Positions 29,917-40,526 of a stretch of 64,000 nt of DNA are shown here, in pieces (positions within the stretch are counted from its first letter, which is position 1; each line of letters begins with the position of its first letter). Made by a program: the position numbers and the translations under genes. Source of the DNA: an uncultured Nitrospiraceae bacterium. Lineage in GTDB: Bacteria > Nitrospirota > Thermodesulfovibrionia > Thermodesulfovibrionales > SM23-35. The notes beneath the pieces were generated by a model. That model had not been told where the DNA came from. It did not search any database and saw only the letters and a list, made by a program, of their open reading frames with translations. The DNA is taken from positions 896,001 to 960,000 of the forward strand of contig CAVSHB010000001.1 in assembly GCA_963727775.1 (NCBI GenBank). The letters are read 5' to 3'.

Positions 29917-30189
29917 TTATTTTGTCTTGGATGCCTGCTTTTCCAATTTATTAAGAATTGCATCATATCTGTCGGTTTGCTTTTCCCATCTTTCAAGAAG
30001 TTTGTCATAACGTGCAGCTTGTTCCTCCAACTTTTTTTCCTGCTTGTCATACTGAGTTTGCTGTTCTTCCATCGTCTTTAATCGTGCATCATATTCCGCG
30101 GCTTGTCTTTTTTCCGTCGAGCTACCGCTTAACTGATTGCAGCCGGCGACAAGAGCCAAAAGAATAACAAAAGTATAGATTTTCTTCAT
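29917..30189 (-). CDS. small coiled-coil lipoprotein (cassette 3)
   Basis: Lipobox VAGC; repeated RYDxxLxxxExQ. Confidence 0.75.
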   Translation of the reverse strand: MKKIYTFVILLALVAGCNQLSGSSTEKRQAAEYDARLKTMEEQQTQYDKQEKKLEEQAARYDKLLERWEKQTDRYDAILNKLEKQASKTK

Positions 30190-30210
30190 AATGCCTCCTC
30201 AATTTTTTGC

Positions 30211-30273
30211 TTCTAACACACGGCTCATCCTGAGCCGGCTTTTTCGGCGATTGGGTGCAGCCGATGGTTAAGT
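30211..30273 (-). mobile_element. attC site
   Basis: Minus strand ACTTAAC...GTTAGAA. Confidence 0.8.
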
Positions 30274-30280
30274 GATGCTT

Positions 30281-31027
30281 TCATATCGTATTGCTGCCCC
30301 CACAGAACGGGCAACTAACGGATACCAGGGGCTCGGAGTCTCCAGCGAATCCTTGAATAACCTTTGAGAATGAAACAGATCGGCCGCACTTCTCGCAATT
30401 CGTAATTACGAGCTTGGATATCATTCCTGCGGCCATCTTTACTGGCCGATCCACGATGACATGGCTTTCAGAGGCTGAACTGCCACCAAACGAGACGACC
30501 CTCTTGCCGGTTCCTATGCCTGAATTCGTAATAATCTCACCGATCCCTGATCCCTCAACAACGATTCGTTCGGCGGGACCCTTCCCAGTATGCTCGATAT
30601 CAAGGCCGATTCCCGGACCTTCGTTACATACGACACCGCCGATGCCTCCGTTCTTGACGAGGACTTCTCTCCCGGCCATTTCAGGTTTCCCATCTGATAC
30701 CCATTTCTCGTGCTTGTTCTTCCATTCGGTCAAGAGAGAAACGGGGTACTTTGCCTGATCGACATCAATTCTCCGTGCGCATTCTTTACAAAGCCAGATA
30801 CCGTTAGAAATAGCCCCGCGTTGTTCATCCGTCATGTTGGCATCGTATCGAGCCTGACCTGGACGGGCGGCGCGGATGTGGGCTGCTTTGCCCAGATTGA
30901 TGGCTTTGGTTTCATCTGAATGTGGGCCACTTGTTGGTCTTCTGCACTCGGGGTTGGAACAAACTTGCCCGGCCCTCTTCGCCAATGTTTGCTTCATGCC
31001 TTCGGAAAAGTCAGGTCCGCTTGTCAT
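30281..31027 (-). CDS. HNH-type nuclease domain protein with Gly-rich region and Zn ribbon (cassette 2)
   Basis: CSNPEC, AAHI, NGIWLCKEC; C-terminal CEKC...CPFC. Confidence 0.7.
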   Translation of the reverse strand: MTSGPDFSEGMKQTLAKRAGQVCSNPECRRPTSGPHSDETKAINLGKAAHIRAARPGQARYDANMTDEQRGAISNGIWLCKECARRIDVDQAKYPVSLLTEWKNKHEKWVSDGKPEMAGREVLVKNGGIGGVVCNEGPGIGLDIEHTGKGPAERIVVEGSGIGEIITNSGIGTGKRVVSFGGSSASESHVIVDRPVKMAAGMISKLVITNCEKCGRSVSFSKVIQGFAGDSEPLVSVSCPFCGGSNTI

Positions 31028-31050
31028 TTCTCTTCCTTTTCATCTTGTGC

Positions 31051-31119
31051 ACTTAACACCTAAGCTCACGGGGAGGCGTGGGCAGTTTCACGCCGATCCA
31101 GTGCAGCGCTTGGTTGTGT
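31051..31119 (-). mobile_element. attC site
   Basis: Minus strand ACACAAC...GTTAAGT. Confidence 0.85.
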
Positions 31120-31140
31120 GTCTTTTTGAGTCGTATGGTT

Positions 31141-31494
31141 TTAATCGGTTTGGATTTTATTCTCATTTTCTTTCAAGCGCAGCATTTCTAATTTATCATT
31201 TATCTGTATCAGGTAGAAAATACCAACTGCAAGTATGCCGCCAACCAAACCGAAAATAGTCCAAAGTAAAGTTGCAGTTTTCGCTTTACGTGCCAGATGC
31301 CGAAGCCAAAACGCAGCTGCAATCTGTGGTAAGAAAATTACTATATAAATCATTTGCGATGTGCCTTTGACTAATATTGGCACATCGCCGCCGTAGGCTT
31401 GCAGTAAATATATATCTTTAATGATCGGAAGGCAGATCGAGAGCAAGGACAAAATAATGAAATAAACAACATATCGTCGAATATCGCTTTTCAT
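31141..31494 (-). CDS. membrane protein (cassette 1)
   Basis: Three hydrophobic segments; AGGAG RBS. Confidence 0.7.
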   Translation of the reverse strand: MKSDIRRYVVYFIILSLLSICLPIIKDIYLLQAYGGDVPILVKGTSQMIYIVIFLPQIAAAFWLRHLARKAKTATLLWTIFGLVGGILAVGIFYLIQINDKLEMLRLKENENKIQTD

Positions 31495-31509
31495 GTATCT
31501 CCTTTTGTC

Positions 31510-31545
31510 ACACAACCAATGATTATACCGATACGGTTTTATTTG
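31510..31545 (-). mobile_element. putative attI site
   Basis: GTTGTGT core matches the first attC R'' (ACACAAC); lies upstream of the divergent intI. Confidence 0.6.
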
Positions 31546-31673
31546 CCAAATTATATCACACGCAATTACATAAAAAAATCGAATATGATTGAAAACGGCA
31601 CGTTAGCATTTGCATAATTCGGTAATATGTGGATAATAACATGATATAAGGGATTCGGTATAGTAAAGGATTT

Positions 31674-32966
31674 ATGGTAAAAGAGAGTATATTGACCGAT
31701 TTTCAGGCGTTCCTGCGCTCTCGTAAGCTCGTGCCTGATAAAAACATCCCCTATTTTGCCTCATGGGCCAGCAAGTTTCTTTATTTCTGCAATAAAAACA
31801 ATCAGTTGGATAACAATAAACTTGTAATAGAATTTATGGATTCATTGCAAAAAGACCATAGGGTCCCGGACTGGCAAATCCGTCAGGCCAGGCAGGCGGT
31901 TCAGGTTTATCTGGTCAATTTCAAGGTAAAAACAGTATCAGATGCTTTATCTCTATCTGCTGGTAGCGTTGCAAAAGGTCCCGACGTTTCGCGGATAATC
32001 GAAGAGATGAAACGGAGTATTCGCCTGAAACATTATTCTTTAAGCACTGAAAGAAGTTATCTCGACTGGGCAAAGCGGTTTTTCGGATATGTTCGTGATA
32101 CAAAGGGTAATGAAAGCCTGTTTTCTTCCGATGATATCAAACAGTATCTCAGTCATCTCGCCATCAAACGCCGGGTTTCAGCCTCAACCCAGAACCAGGC
32201 ATTGTTGTTAGCTATAAGCAATTAGCGTTAAGCAATAAGCCAAATATTATCAAGCAAGGGGAATCGAATGAAAGACTTTAGGGATCTCAAAGTGTGGGAG
32301 CGTGGGCACAAGTTGACTTTAGAGATATACAAAGTTACGTCAGGTTTCCCTCGCGAGGAAATGTATGGATTGACGAGTCAAATACGTCGTTCCTGTGCTT
32401 CAATACCAACAAATATATCTGAAGGATGTGGCAGGAGCAGGGATACAGAGCTTGCCCGTTTTATTGAGATTGCTATAGGTTCGGCAAGCGAGCTTGAGTA
32501 CCTGATTCAACTGAGTCGTGATCTCGCATTAATAAATGAAGCGGAGTTCAAGTTGTTGATAGCAGAAACAGTCGAACTGAAGAAGATGCTAATATCATTT
32601 TTTCAAAAGCTAAAAGCCAATTGCTAAAAGCTAAGCGCTTAGGAGTGGGGCTGGCAATATGCCTTTCCGTCCGCACGGTTATCTGTTGACCCCCGCAGCG
32701 GGAAGATCAGGCGCCACCATATCAGTGAAACTGCAATCCAATCCGCCATCTCAAGAGCTATTAAGAAGGCTGGTATCGTGAAGCATGCCACGGTCCATAC
32801 GCTACGCCACAGCTTTGCAACACATCTGCTGATGAGCGGGGTGAATATTCGGGAGATGCAAGACATGCTCGGACACAAAAACGTGGAGACTACGATGATC
32901 TATACCCACGTAATGCGCGATATGAAGAATGCGCCTGCAAGTCCGCTGGACTCGCTTTATCTTTAG
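31674..32966 (+). pseudogene. intI: integron integrase, disrupted
   Basis: 5' part RLKHYSLSTERSY...SASTQNQA; 3' part [10 protein letters not shown]...DPRSG..RRHH...[12 protein letters not shown]...LGH...TTMIYTHV; middle absent. Confidence 0.9.
32268..32627 (+). CDS. four helix bundle protein (23S rRNA IVS / Avd-like family)
   Basis: FRDLKVW, FPREEMYGLTSQIRR, SIPTNISEG, GSASELE. Confidence 0.92.
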   Translation: MKDFRDLKVWERGHKLTLEIYKVTSGFPREEMYGLTSQIRRSCASIPTNISEGCGRSRDTELARFIEIAIGSASELEYLIQLSRDLALINEAEFKLLIAETVELKKMLISFFQKLKANC

Positions 32967-33067
32967 TAGGCGCTGTGTTACTTTACTTTCGGCACAGCAA
33001 AGTATTTTGAGTTCGGATTTTGGATGAAGAATTCAACAATGCACCTGAAAGAATGGAGAGATATGCT

Positions 33068-33415
33068 CTATACCAATATCTTATTCTTTCTGCAGACAAT
33101 AATCCCTTCTTTCTTAATAATCCCGCCGACAAAGTCTAATTTATTTTTTGAAGAGTATTCCTCTACAGGATAACCTATAGGCTGGATATCGGCTTTTATT
33201 CCCCACAAATATTTCTGCAGCATCACCTGTGCAGTATAGTGCGATTTATTATTAAATTTATGAGAAAAAACTGCGATGTCAATATCACTGTGAGGCCGAG
33301 CTTGCCCTTTTGCCTGTGAGCCGTATAATATCGCTAAATCAACAGGGATATCTCTTTGAACTTTGATAAGATAGTCTCTTAAGACTTTCTTTACTTCTTT
33401 TTTGATTTGAGCCAT
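33068..33415 (-). CDS. minimal nucleotidyltransferase (MNT)
   Basis: LYGSQAKG, SDIDIAV. Confidence 0.88.
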   Translation of the reverse strand: MAQIKKEVKKVLRDYLIKVQRDIPVDLAILYGSQAKGQARPHSDIDIAVFSHKFNNKSHYTAQVMLQKYLWGIKADIQPIGYPVEEYSSKNKLDFVGGIIKKEGIIVCRKNKILV

Positions 33416-33780
33416 TTATATGCACTCCTTGTCTTTTCCAATAAAACGTATGCTTTCTTTTTGTTTATAGCTTTCCCTAATTTTTCTTTCATTTCAGGAT
33501 ACCGGGCCTCTATGTTAAGAGGATTTAATTTAATAAAAAAATCCTGATATTTTTCCGTAAAAACAAGATTCAAATCTGCACATAGAGTTAAAAGATTATG
33601 TGTATATGGAGGAATCCTGTTATGCTGTTTCACATACAAGCCTTTTAATGCCTTTTCAATTACCTGATGACACATAAAGCCAACGTAAAGGTATCGTCCA
33701 CCATCAAGCATTACTTGAGCGGTTTTCAAATCATAATCCGCCATATTAAACCAGTAATTGATAGCTTTTTCTTTATTCAC
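33391..33780 (-). CDS. HEPN-domain protein
   Basis: ADYDL, EKALK, PPYTHNL, EARYP. Confidence 0.88.
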   Translation of the reverse strand: MNKEKAINYWFNMADYDLKTAQVMLDGGRYLYVGFMCHQVIEKALKGLYVKQHNRIPPYTHNLLTLCADLNLVFTEKYQDFFIKLNPLNIEARYPEMKEKLGKAINKKKAYVLLEKTRSAYKWLKSKKK

Positions 33781-33903
33781 AGCTGTGTAATAGTAATTTT
33801 ACTGATATCAGATTGAAAAATAAAGATAAATACTACCGAGAGAAAATGAGTTCTATAGAACAGGAAAACCGCTGGACTCGCTTTATCTATAGAAGGCGAT
33901 GCA

Positions 33904-35718
33904 TCACTTTACCTTCAGCACCGCCAGGAACGCCTCCTGCGGCAGTTCGATCTTTCCGAACTGCTTCATCCTTTTCTTTCCCTCTTTCTGTTTTTCAAGG
34001 AGTTTTCTCTTACGGGTTATATCACCGCCGTAGCATTTTGCGAGGACATCTTTCCTGAGGGCTTTAACGCTCTCTCTTGCGATGATCTTGTTGCCGATCG
34101 CGGCCTGTATGGCGACTTCGTACATCTGCCTCGGGATGATCGCTCTCAGCTTTTCAGCCAGTTCACGGCCTTTATAATAGGCCTTGTCCTTATGGACTAT
34201 TAAAGACAGGGCGTCAACGACCTCGCCGTTGAGAAGTATATTAAGTTTGACGAGGTCCGATTCCCTGTAGCCGATGAATTCATAGTCCATGGATGCATAA
34301 CCCTTGGACAAAGACTTCAACCTGTCGTAGAAGTCCCATAATATTTCATTCAAGGGCAGTTCGTAATCAACCTTAATCCTGTCTTTCCCGATATAGGAAA
34401 AATTTTTCTGTGTGCCCCTTTTTTCCTGGCACAGGTCGAGTATCGGTCCTATAAAATCGGCAGGCACAAATATAGTCGCAATCACAAAGGGCTCTTCTAT
34501 GTTCTCATAAGCTTCGGGCAGCAGAGAAGGGTTTTCTATATGGATGATTTCTCCGTCTGTTTTCGTTACCCTGTAAACGACGGTGGGCGCGGTGCTCAGG
34601 AGCGCGAGGTCAAATTCACGCTCAAGCCTTTCTTTAACAATCTCCATATGGAGCAAGCCGAGAAAGCCGCATCTGAACCCGAACCCGAGTGCCAAAGAGG
34701 TCTCCGGCTCATAGACGAAGGAGGCGTCATTCAATCTCAATTTATTGAGCGCGTCCCTGAGATTTTCATACTGGTGTGCCTGTGTCGGATAGAAGCCGCA
34801 GAATACCATGGGTTTGATGTCCTTATATCCGGGGCACGGCTCGGTTGCGGGGTTATCGGCGTCGGTCAAGGTATCGCCTATTTTGGTGTCGGTGACATTC
34901 TTGATGCCCGCAATGATAAAGCCGACTTCTCCCGAGGCAAGCTCTTTTGCCGGTTCGATCTTGGGAGAGAATATGCCGACCTGTGATACCTCAAGGACAT
35001 TATCCGTGGCCATGAGCTTGACCTTTTCCCCCGCCGATATCTTCCCGTCGAATATCCTGACAAGGACGATAACGCCCTGATAATTATCAAACCATGAATC
35101 GAATATCAGCGCCTTCAGTGGGTTGCCGTCGTCGCCTTTTGGAGCGGGTATCTTTTTTACGATGGCTTCAAGTATCTCTCTGGTGCCTATCCCTTCTTTC
35201 GCGCTTGCCAATATCGCGTTGGAACAATCGATGCCGATTGCGTCTTCTATCTGCTCCTTTGTCTTCTCCGGGTCGGCACTCGGCAGGTCTATCTTGTTGA
35301 TGACCGGTATTATCTCCAGATTATTCTCTATCGCAAGATACGCGTTTGCCAAAGTCTGGGCCTCAACTCCCTGTGAAGCGTCAACGACAAGCAGGGCTCC
35401 TTCACATGAGGCAAGGCTCCTTGAGACCTCATATGAGAAGTCGACATGTCCGGGGGTGTCTATGAGATTAAGGATATAATCCAGGCCGTCGTCAGCTTTA
35501 TATATCAGCCTTACCGCGTGCGCCTTTATGGTGATGCCCCTTTCCCGCTCGAGGTCCATCGAATCCAGGACCTGCTCCATCATCTCCCTTGAACTGAGGG
35601 CGCCCGTGTATTCAAGGAGCCTGTCCGCGAGCGTGGACTTCCCGTGGTCTATATGGGCTATGATGGAAAAATTCCGGATTCTTTTGGGTGTATTCATCTG
35701 GGCTTTATATTTTATCAT
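33904..35718 (-). CDS. lepA: elongation factor 4
   Basis: [31 protein letters not shown]. Confidence 0.98.
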   Translation of the reverse strand: MIKYKAQMNTPKRIRNFSIIAHIDHGKSTLADRLLEYTGALSSREMMEQVLDSMDLERERGITIKAHAVRLIYKADDGLDYILNLIDTPGHVDFSYEVSRSLASCEGALLVVDASQGVEAQTLANAYLAIENNLEIIPVINKIDLPSADPEKTKEQIEDAIGIDCSNAILASAKEGIGTREILEAIVKKIPAPKGDDGNPLKALIFDSWFDNYQGVIVLVRIFDGKISAGEKVKLMATDNVLEVSQVGIFSPKIEPAKELASGEVGFIIAGIKNVTDTKIGDTLTDADNPATEPCPGYKDIKPMVFCGFYPTQAHQYENLRDALNKLRLNDASFVYEPETSLALGFGFRCGFLGLLHMEIVKERLEREFDLALLSTAPTVVYRVTKTDGEIIHIENPSLLPEAYENIEEPFVIATIFVPADFIGPILDLCQEKRGTQKNFSYIGKDRIKVDYELPLNEILWDFYDRLKSLSKGYASMDYEFIGYRESDLVKLNILLNGEVVDALSLIVHKDKAYYKGRELAEKLRAIIPRQMYEVAIQAAIGNKIIARESVKALRKDVLAKCYGGDITRKRKLLEKQKEGKKRMKQFGKIELPQEAFLAVLKVK

Positions 35719-35814
35719 AAAAAAAATATAAGTGTTTTGGAGCTGTTTCGGCCCTATCCTGCGATTGCTTTAAATGAGATTAAATGTTACACTTTAACGA
35801 AAATTTAGGTGTAA

Positions 35815-37278
<1,464 letters not shown>

Positions 37279-37334
37279 TAAGCAGGAAGCAGTAGACAGT
37301 AAACAGCCATTCATCAAATCAGCGATATGAGATT

Positions 37335-38873
37335 ATGCACGAAGAAAAAATATTAGTCCTTGATTTCGGATCGCAGTACACCCAGCTCATAGCAAGGCGT
37401 ATTAGAGAGAGCAGGGTATATTCAGAGATATTCCCCTTTAATGCCTCTATTGAAAAGATAAGGGATTTCAGTCCAAAAGGGATAGTCCTTTCGGGTGGTC
37501 CTTCAAGTGTTTATGGCGCTGCTGCACCGATCCCTGACCTCGCAATATTTAAGCTCGGCATCCCGGTTTTGGGCATCTGTTACGGCATGCAGCTCATGGC
37601 GCATTGTCTCGGCGGCAGGGTCGCAAAAGCGCAGCAAAGGGAATACGGCAAGGCGGAATTAATAATCGATCGCCGGGACGATATATTCGCCGGGATACCG
37701 AAGAAGACCGTTGTCTGGATGAGCCACGGAGACAGGATTGAAAAGTATCCTTCCAGTTTTACTTCTATAGCGCACACAACAAACTCGCCGGTGGCAGCGA
37801 TGGCAAGCACAAAGGACAGATTTTGCGCGCTGCAATTTCATCCGGAGGTTGTTCACACCCCGATGGGTTTTAAAATCTTGAGGAACTTTTTATTCAAGGT
37901 GTGCGGATGCAGACCCGTCTGGACCATGAAATCTTTTATTGATACGACCACCAAAGAAATAATAGAGCGTGTGGGAAGCAAGAAGGTTGTCTGCGGGATA
38001 AGCGGCGGGGTTGATTCTACGGTCGCGGCGGTGCTGGTCCACAGGGCCCTCGGGAAACAGCTCACCTGCATTTTTGTCGACAATGGAGTACTGAGAGAAG
38101 GAGAGGCAAAAAAGGTCGAAATTACTCTCAGGAAGCACTTCCATATGAAAATAGACTGTGTCGATGCTTCGGAGAGGTTCCAGAAAAAATTGAAAGGCGT
38201 CATAGACCCTGAGAAGAAGAGGAAGATAATCGGAAATGAATTCATAAGAGTTTTTGAAGAGGAAGCAAAAAAAATAAAGGGCGTTGAATTCCTGGCGCAG
38301 GGCACTTTATATCCCGACGTCATTGAGAGTGTATCGTTTAAGGGGCCGTCTGCAACTATTAAGAGCCACCATAATGTGGGAGGCCTTCTGAAAAGGATGA
38401 AATTAAAACTTGTAGAGCCTTTGAGAGAATTGTTCAAGGACGAAGTCCGGGTCCTCGGTAAAGACCTCGATATCCCTGAAGAGATAATAAACCGCCAGCC
38501 GTTTCCCGGGCCCGGCCTTGCGATCAGGATAATAGGTGAGGTGACTGCGGACAGGTGCGATATATTGAGAAAAGCGGATATTATCGTGCTGGATGAGATA
38601 AGGAACGCGGGGCTTTACACGAAGCTGTGGCAGTCCTTTGCGGTGCTTTTGCCTGTTAAGAGTGTAGGGGTAATGGGCGATGAAAGGACATACGAAAATG
38701 TTATAGCTGTAAGGGCGGTAAACAGCCTTGACGGTATGACTGCGGATTGGGCGAGGATCCCATACGATGTCCTCGGTTCCATATCCAACAGGATAATAAA
38801 TGAAGTCAAAGGCGTGAACAGAGTGGTCTATGACATAAGTTCAAAACCGCCAAGTACCATAGAGTGGGAGTGA
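37335..38873 (+). CDS. guaA: GMP synthase
   Basis: [28 protein letters not shown]. Confidence 0.98.
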   Translation: MHEEKILVLDFGSQYTQLIARRIRESRVYSEIFPFNASIEKIRDFSPKGIVLSGGPSSVYGAAAPIPDLAIFKLGIPVLGICYGMQLMAHCLGGRVAKAQQREYGKAELIIDRRDDIFAGIPKKTVVWMSHGDRIEKYPSSFTSIAHTTNSPVAAMASTKDRFCALQFHPEVVHTPMGFKILRNFLFKVCGCRPVWTMKSFIDTTTKEIIERVGSKKVVCGISGGVDSTVAAVLVHRALGKQLTCIFVDNGVLREGEAKKVEITLRKHFHMKIDCVDASERFQKKLKGVIDPEKKRKIIGNEFIRVFEEEAKKIKGVEFLAQGTLYPDVIESVSFKGPSATIKSHHNVGGLLKRMKLKLVEPLRELFKDEVRVLGKDLDIPEEIINRQPFPGPGLAIRIIGEVTADRCDILRKADIIVLDEIRNAGLYTKLWQSFAVLLPVKSVGVMGDERTYENVIAVRAVNSLDGMTADWARIPYDVLGSISNRIINEVKGVNRVVYDISSKPPSTIEWE

Positions 38874-38927
38874 AAGATAATTTTTTCAGGATGTCTTGAT
38901 AGGTAAATATATCGGTTACAATAATCC

Positions 38928-39320
38928 ATGACTAAACAAGAAAAAGTTAGTTATTGGATACAATCAGCAGAGAATGACTGGGTGGTTGTAGGCCATCTTT
39001 TTGAAAAAAGAGATTATCCTTATGCTCTGTTTTTCGGACATTTGACTATTGAGAAGCTTCTAAAAGCGATTTTTGTCGGCAAATTCGACGAACCTCCGCC
39101 GTATACTCACAGGCTTACCTATCTGGCTGAAAAGACAGGATTAGAAATATCTCCTGAAAGGCTGGAAATTCTGGAAATAATCACTGACTTTAATCTTGAA
39201 GCCAGATATCCGGATGAAAAATTTTCATTTCATAAAAAGTGCACGAGGGAATTTACCGAAGCAAATTTAAGGAAGATTGAGGAAATAAGAAAATGGCTGT
39301 TAAAACTGATTCGGCAATAA
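38928..39320 (+). CDS. HEPN-domain protein
   Basis: EKLLKA, PPYTHRL, EARYP. Confidence 0.88.
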   Translation: MTKQEKVSYWIQSAENDWVVVGHLFEKRDYPYALFFGHLTIEKLLKAIFVGKFDEPPPYTHRLTYLAEKTGLEISPERLEILEIITDFNLEARYPDEKFSFHKKCTREFTEANLRKIEEIRKWLLKLIRQ

Positions 39321-39613
39321 AACTGATTCGAAGATATATAAAAGAACTTAAAAAAAATAACATACCAATTCAAAAGGCATTTATTTTCGGCTCTTATGCT
39401 AAGGGAAGCCCTAACGAAGAAAGCGACATCGATATTGCATTGGTTTCAACGGCATTTACAGGAGACAGGTTTGAAGACAGAAGAAAGATAGTTCCTTTTA
39501 GAAGGAAGATTGACAGCAGAATTGAGCCGATGCCATTCAGGCCGGAGGATTTCCAAAAAGGCGGAGTACTTATTGATGAGATTAAAAAAACAGGCAAGGA
39601 AATAAACGTATGA
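39293..39613 (+). CDS. minimal nucleotidyltransferase (MNT)
   Basis: FGSYAKG, SDIDIA. Confidence 0.88.
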   Translation: MAVKTDSAIKLIRRYIKELKKNNIPIQKAFIFGSYAKGSPNEESDIDIALVSTAFTGDRFEDRRKIVPFRRKIDSRIEPMPFRPEDFQKGGVLIDEIKKTGKEINV

Positions 39614-39635
39614 GCTATTATAGTAAAGAAAATTT

Positions 39636-40526
39636 ATGGATATAAAAGTTTATCTTAAGGAAAAACGGGAAGTTATTGATTCATATCTGATATCGTATTT
39701 TGAGAATCCGTCCTCACCCCTGGTCCTTCACGAGGCGATAAAATATTCGCTTATGGCCGGCGGCAAAAGGATAAGACCTATTCTTGCTTTGGCCTCATAC
39801 GAGGCGTGCGGCAAAGATAGTAAAGAGATCATTCCGCAGGCTGCGGCCCTGGAACTTATACATACCTACTCACTTATACATGACGATCTGCCTGCGATGG
39901 ACAACGACGATTTGAGGCGCGGCAAACCTACGAACCATAAGGTGTTCGGTGAGGCAATGGCCATACTCGCAGGAGACGCGCTGCTTACCGAGGCATTTTT
40001 GATGATTACGAACACAATGTCTGACGACAAGCCGATCAAATCGTCGGCCTTAACCAGGGTTGTCAGGGAGGTGGCTATTTCAGCCGGCGCATATGGCATG
40101 GTCGGAGGTCAGGCCCAGGACATTCTTTCCGAGGATTCGGAACCCGACAGGGACATCCTGAATTTTATACACCTCCATAAGACCGCGGCGCTTATAACGG
40201 CGTCCGTCAGAATAGGGCCGCTCATAGCGAACAGCGGGAAGAAAGCATTGCGTGCCTTAACAATATATGGAGAGAATATAGGACTTGCCTTTCAGATCGT
40301 TGATGATATACTTGATGTCGAGGGCACTACCGAGGAACTCGGCAAGTCGGCCGGCTCCGACAGCAGGAAAAAGAAGATGACGTATCCGTCTTTGTTCGGG
40401 GTGGAAGGGGCAAGGCAAAAGGCGAACGGTTTGATAGCATCGGCAATAGATGCACTTAAAATATTTTCTTCAGAGGCAGACCCGCTAAGAGAGATCGCCG
40501 GATATCTTATTAAAAGGAGAGCCTGA
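39636..40526 (+). CDS. ispA: farnesyl diphosphate synthase
   Basis: GGKRIRP, HDDLPAMD, FQIVDD. Confidence 0.93.
   Translation: MDIKVYLKEKREVIDSYLISYFENPSSPLVLHEAIKYSLMAGGKRIRPILALASYEACGKDSKEIIPQAAALELIHTYSLIHDDLPAMDNDDLRRGKPTNHKVFGEAMAILAGDALLTEAFLMITNTMSDDKPIKSSALTRVVREVAISAGAYGMVGGQAQDILSEDSEPDRDILNFIHLHKTAALITASVRIGPLIANSGKKALRALTIYGENIGLAFQIVDDILDVEGTTEELGKSAGSDSRKKKMTYPSLFGVEGARQKANGLIASAIDALKIFSSEADPLREIAGYLIKRRA

Noticed and set aside
32203..32641. Diversity-generating retroelement, or a clean intron restoring IntI
   Set aside because: No reverse transcriptase or TR/VR pair is seen; excision would still leave intI without its catalytic middle
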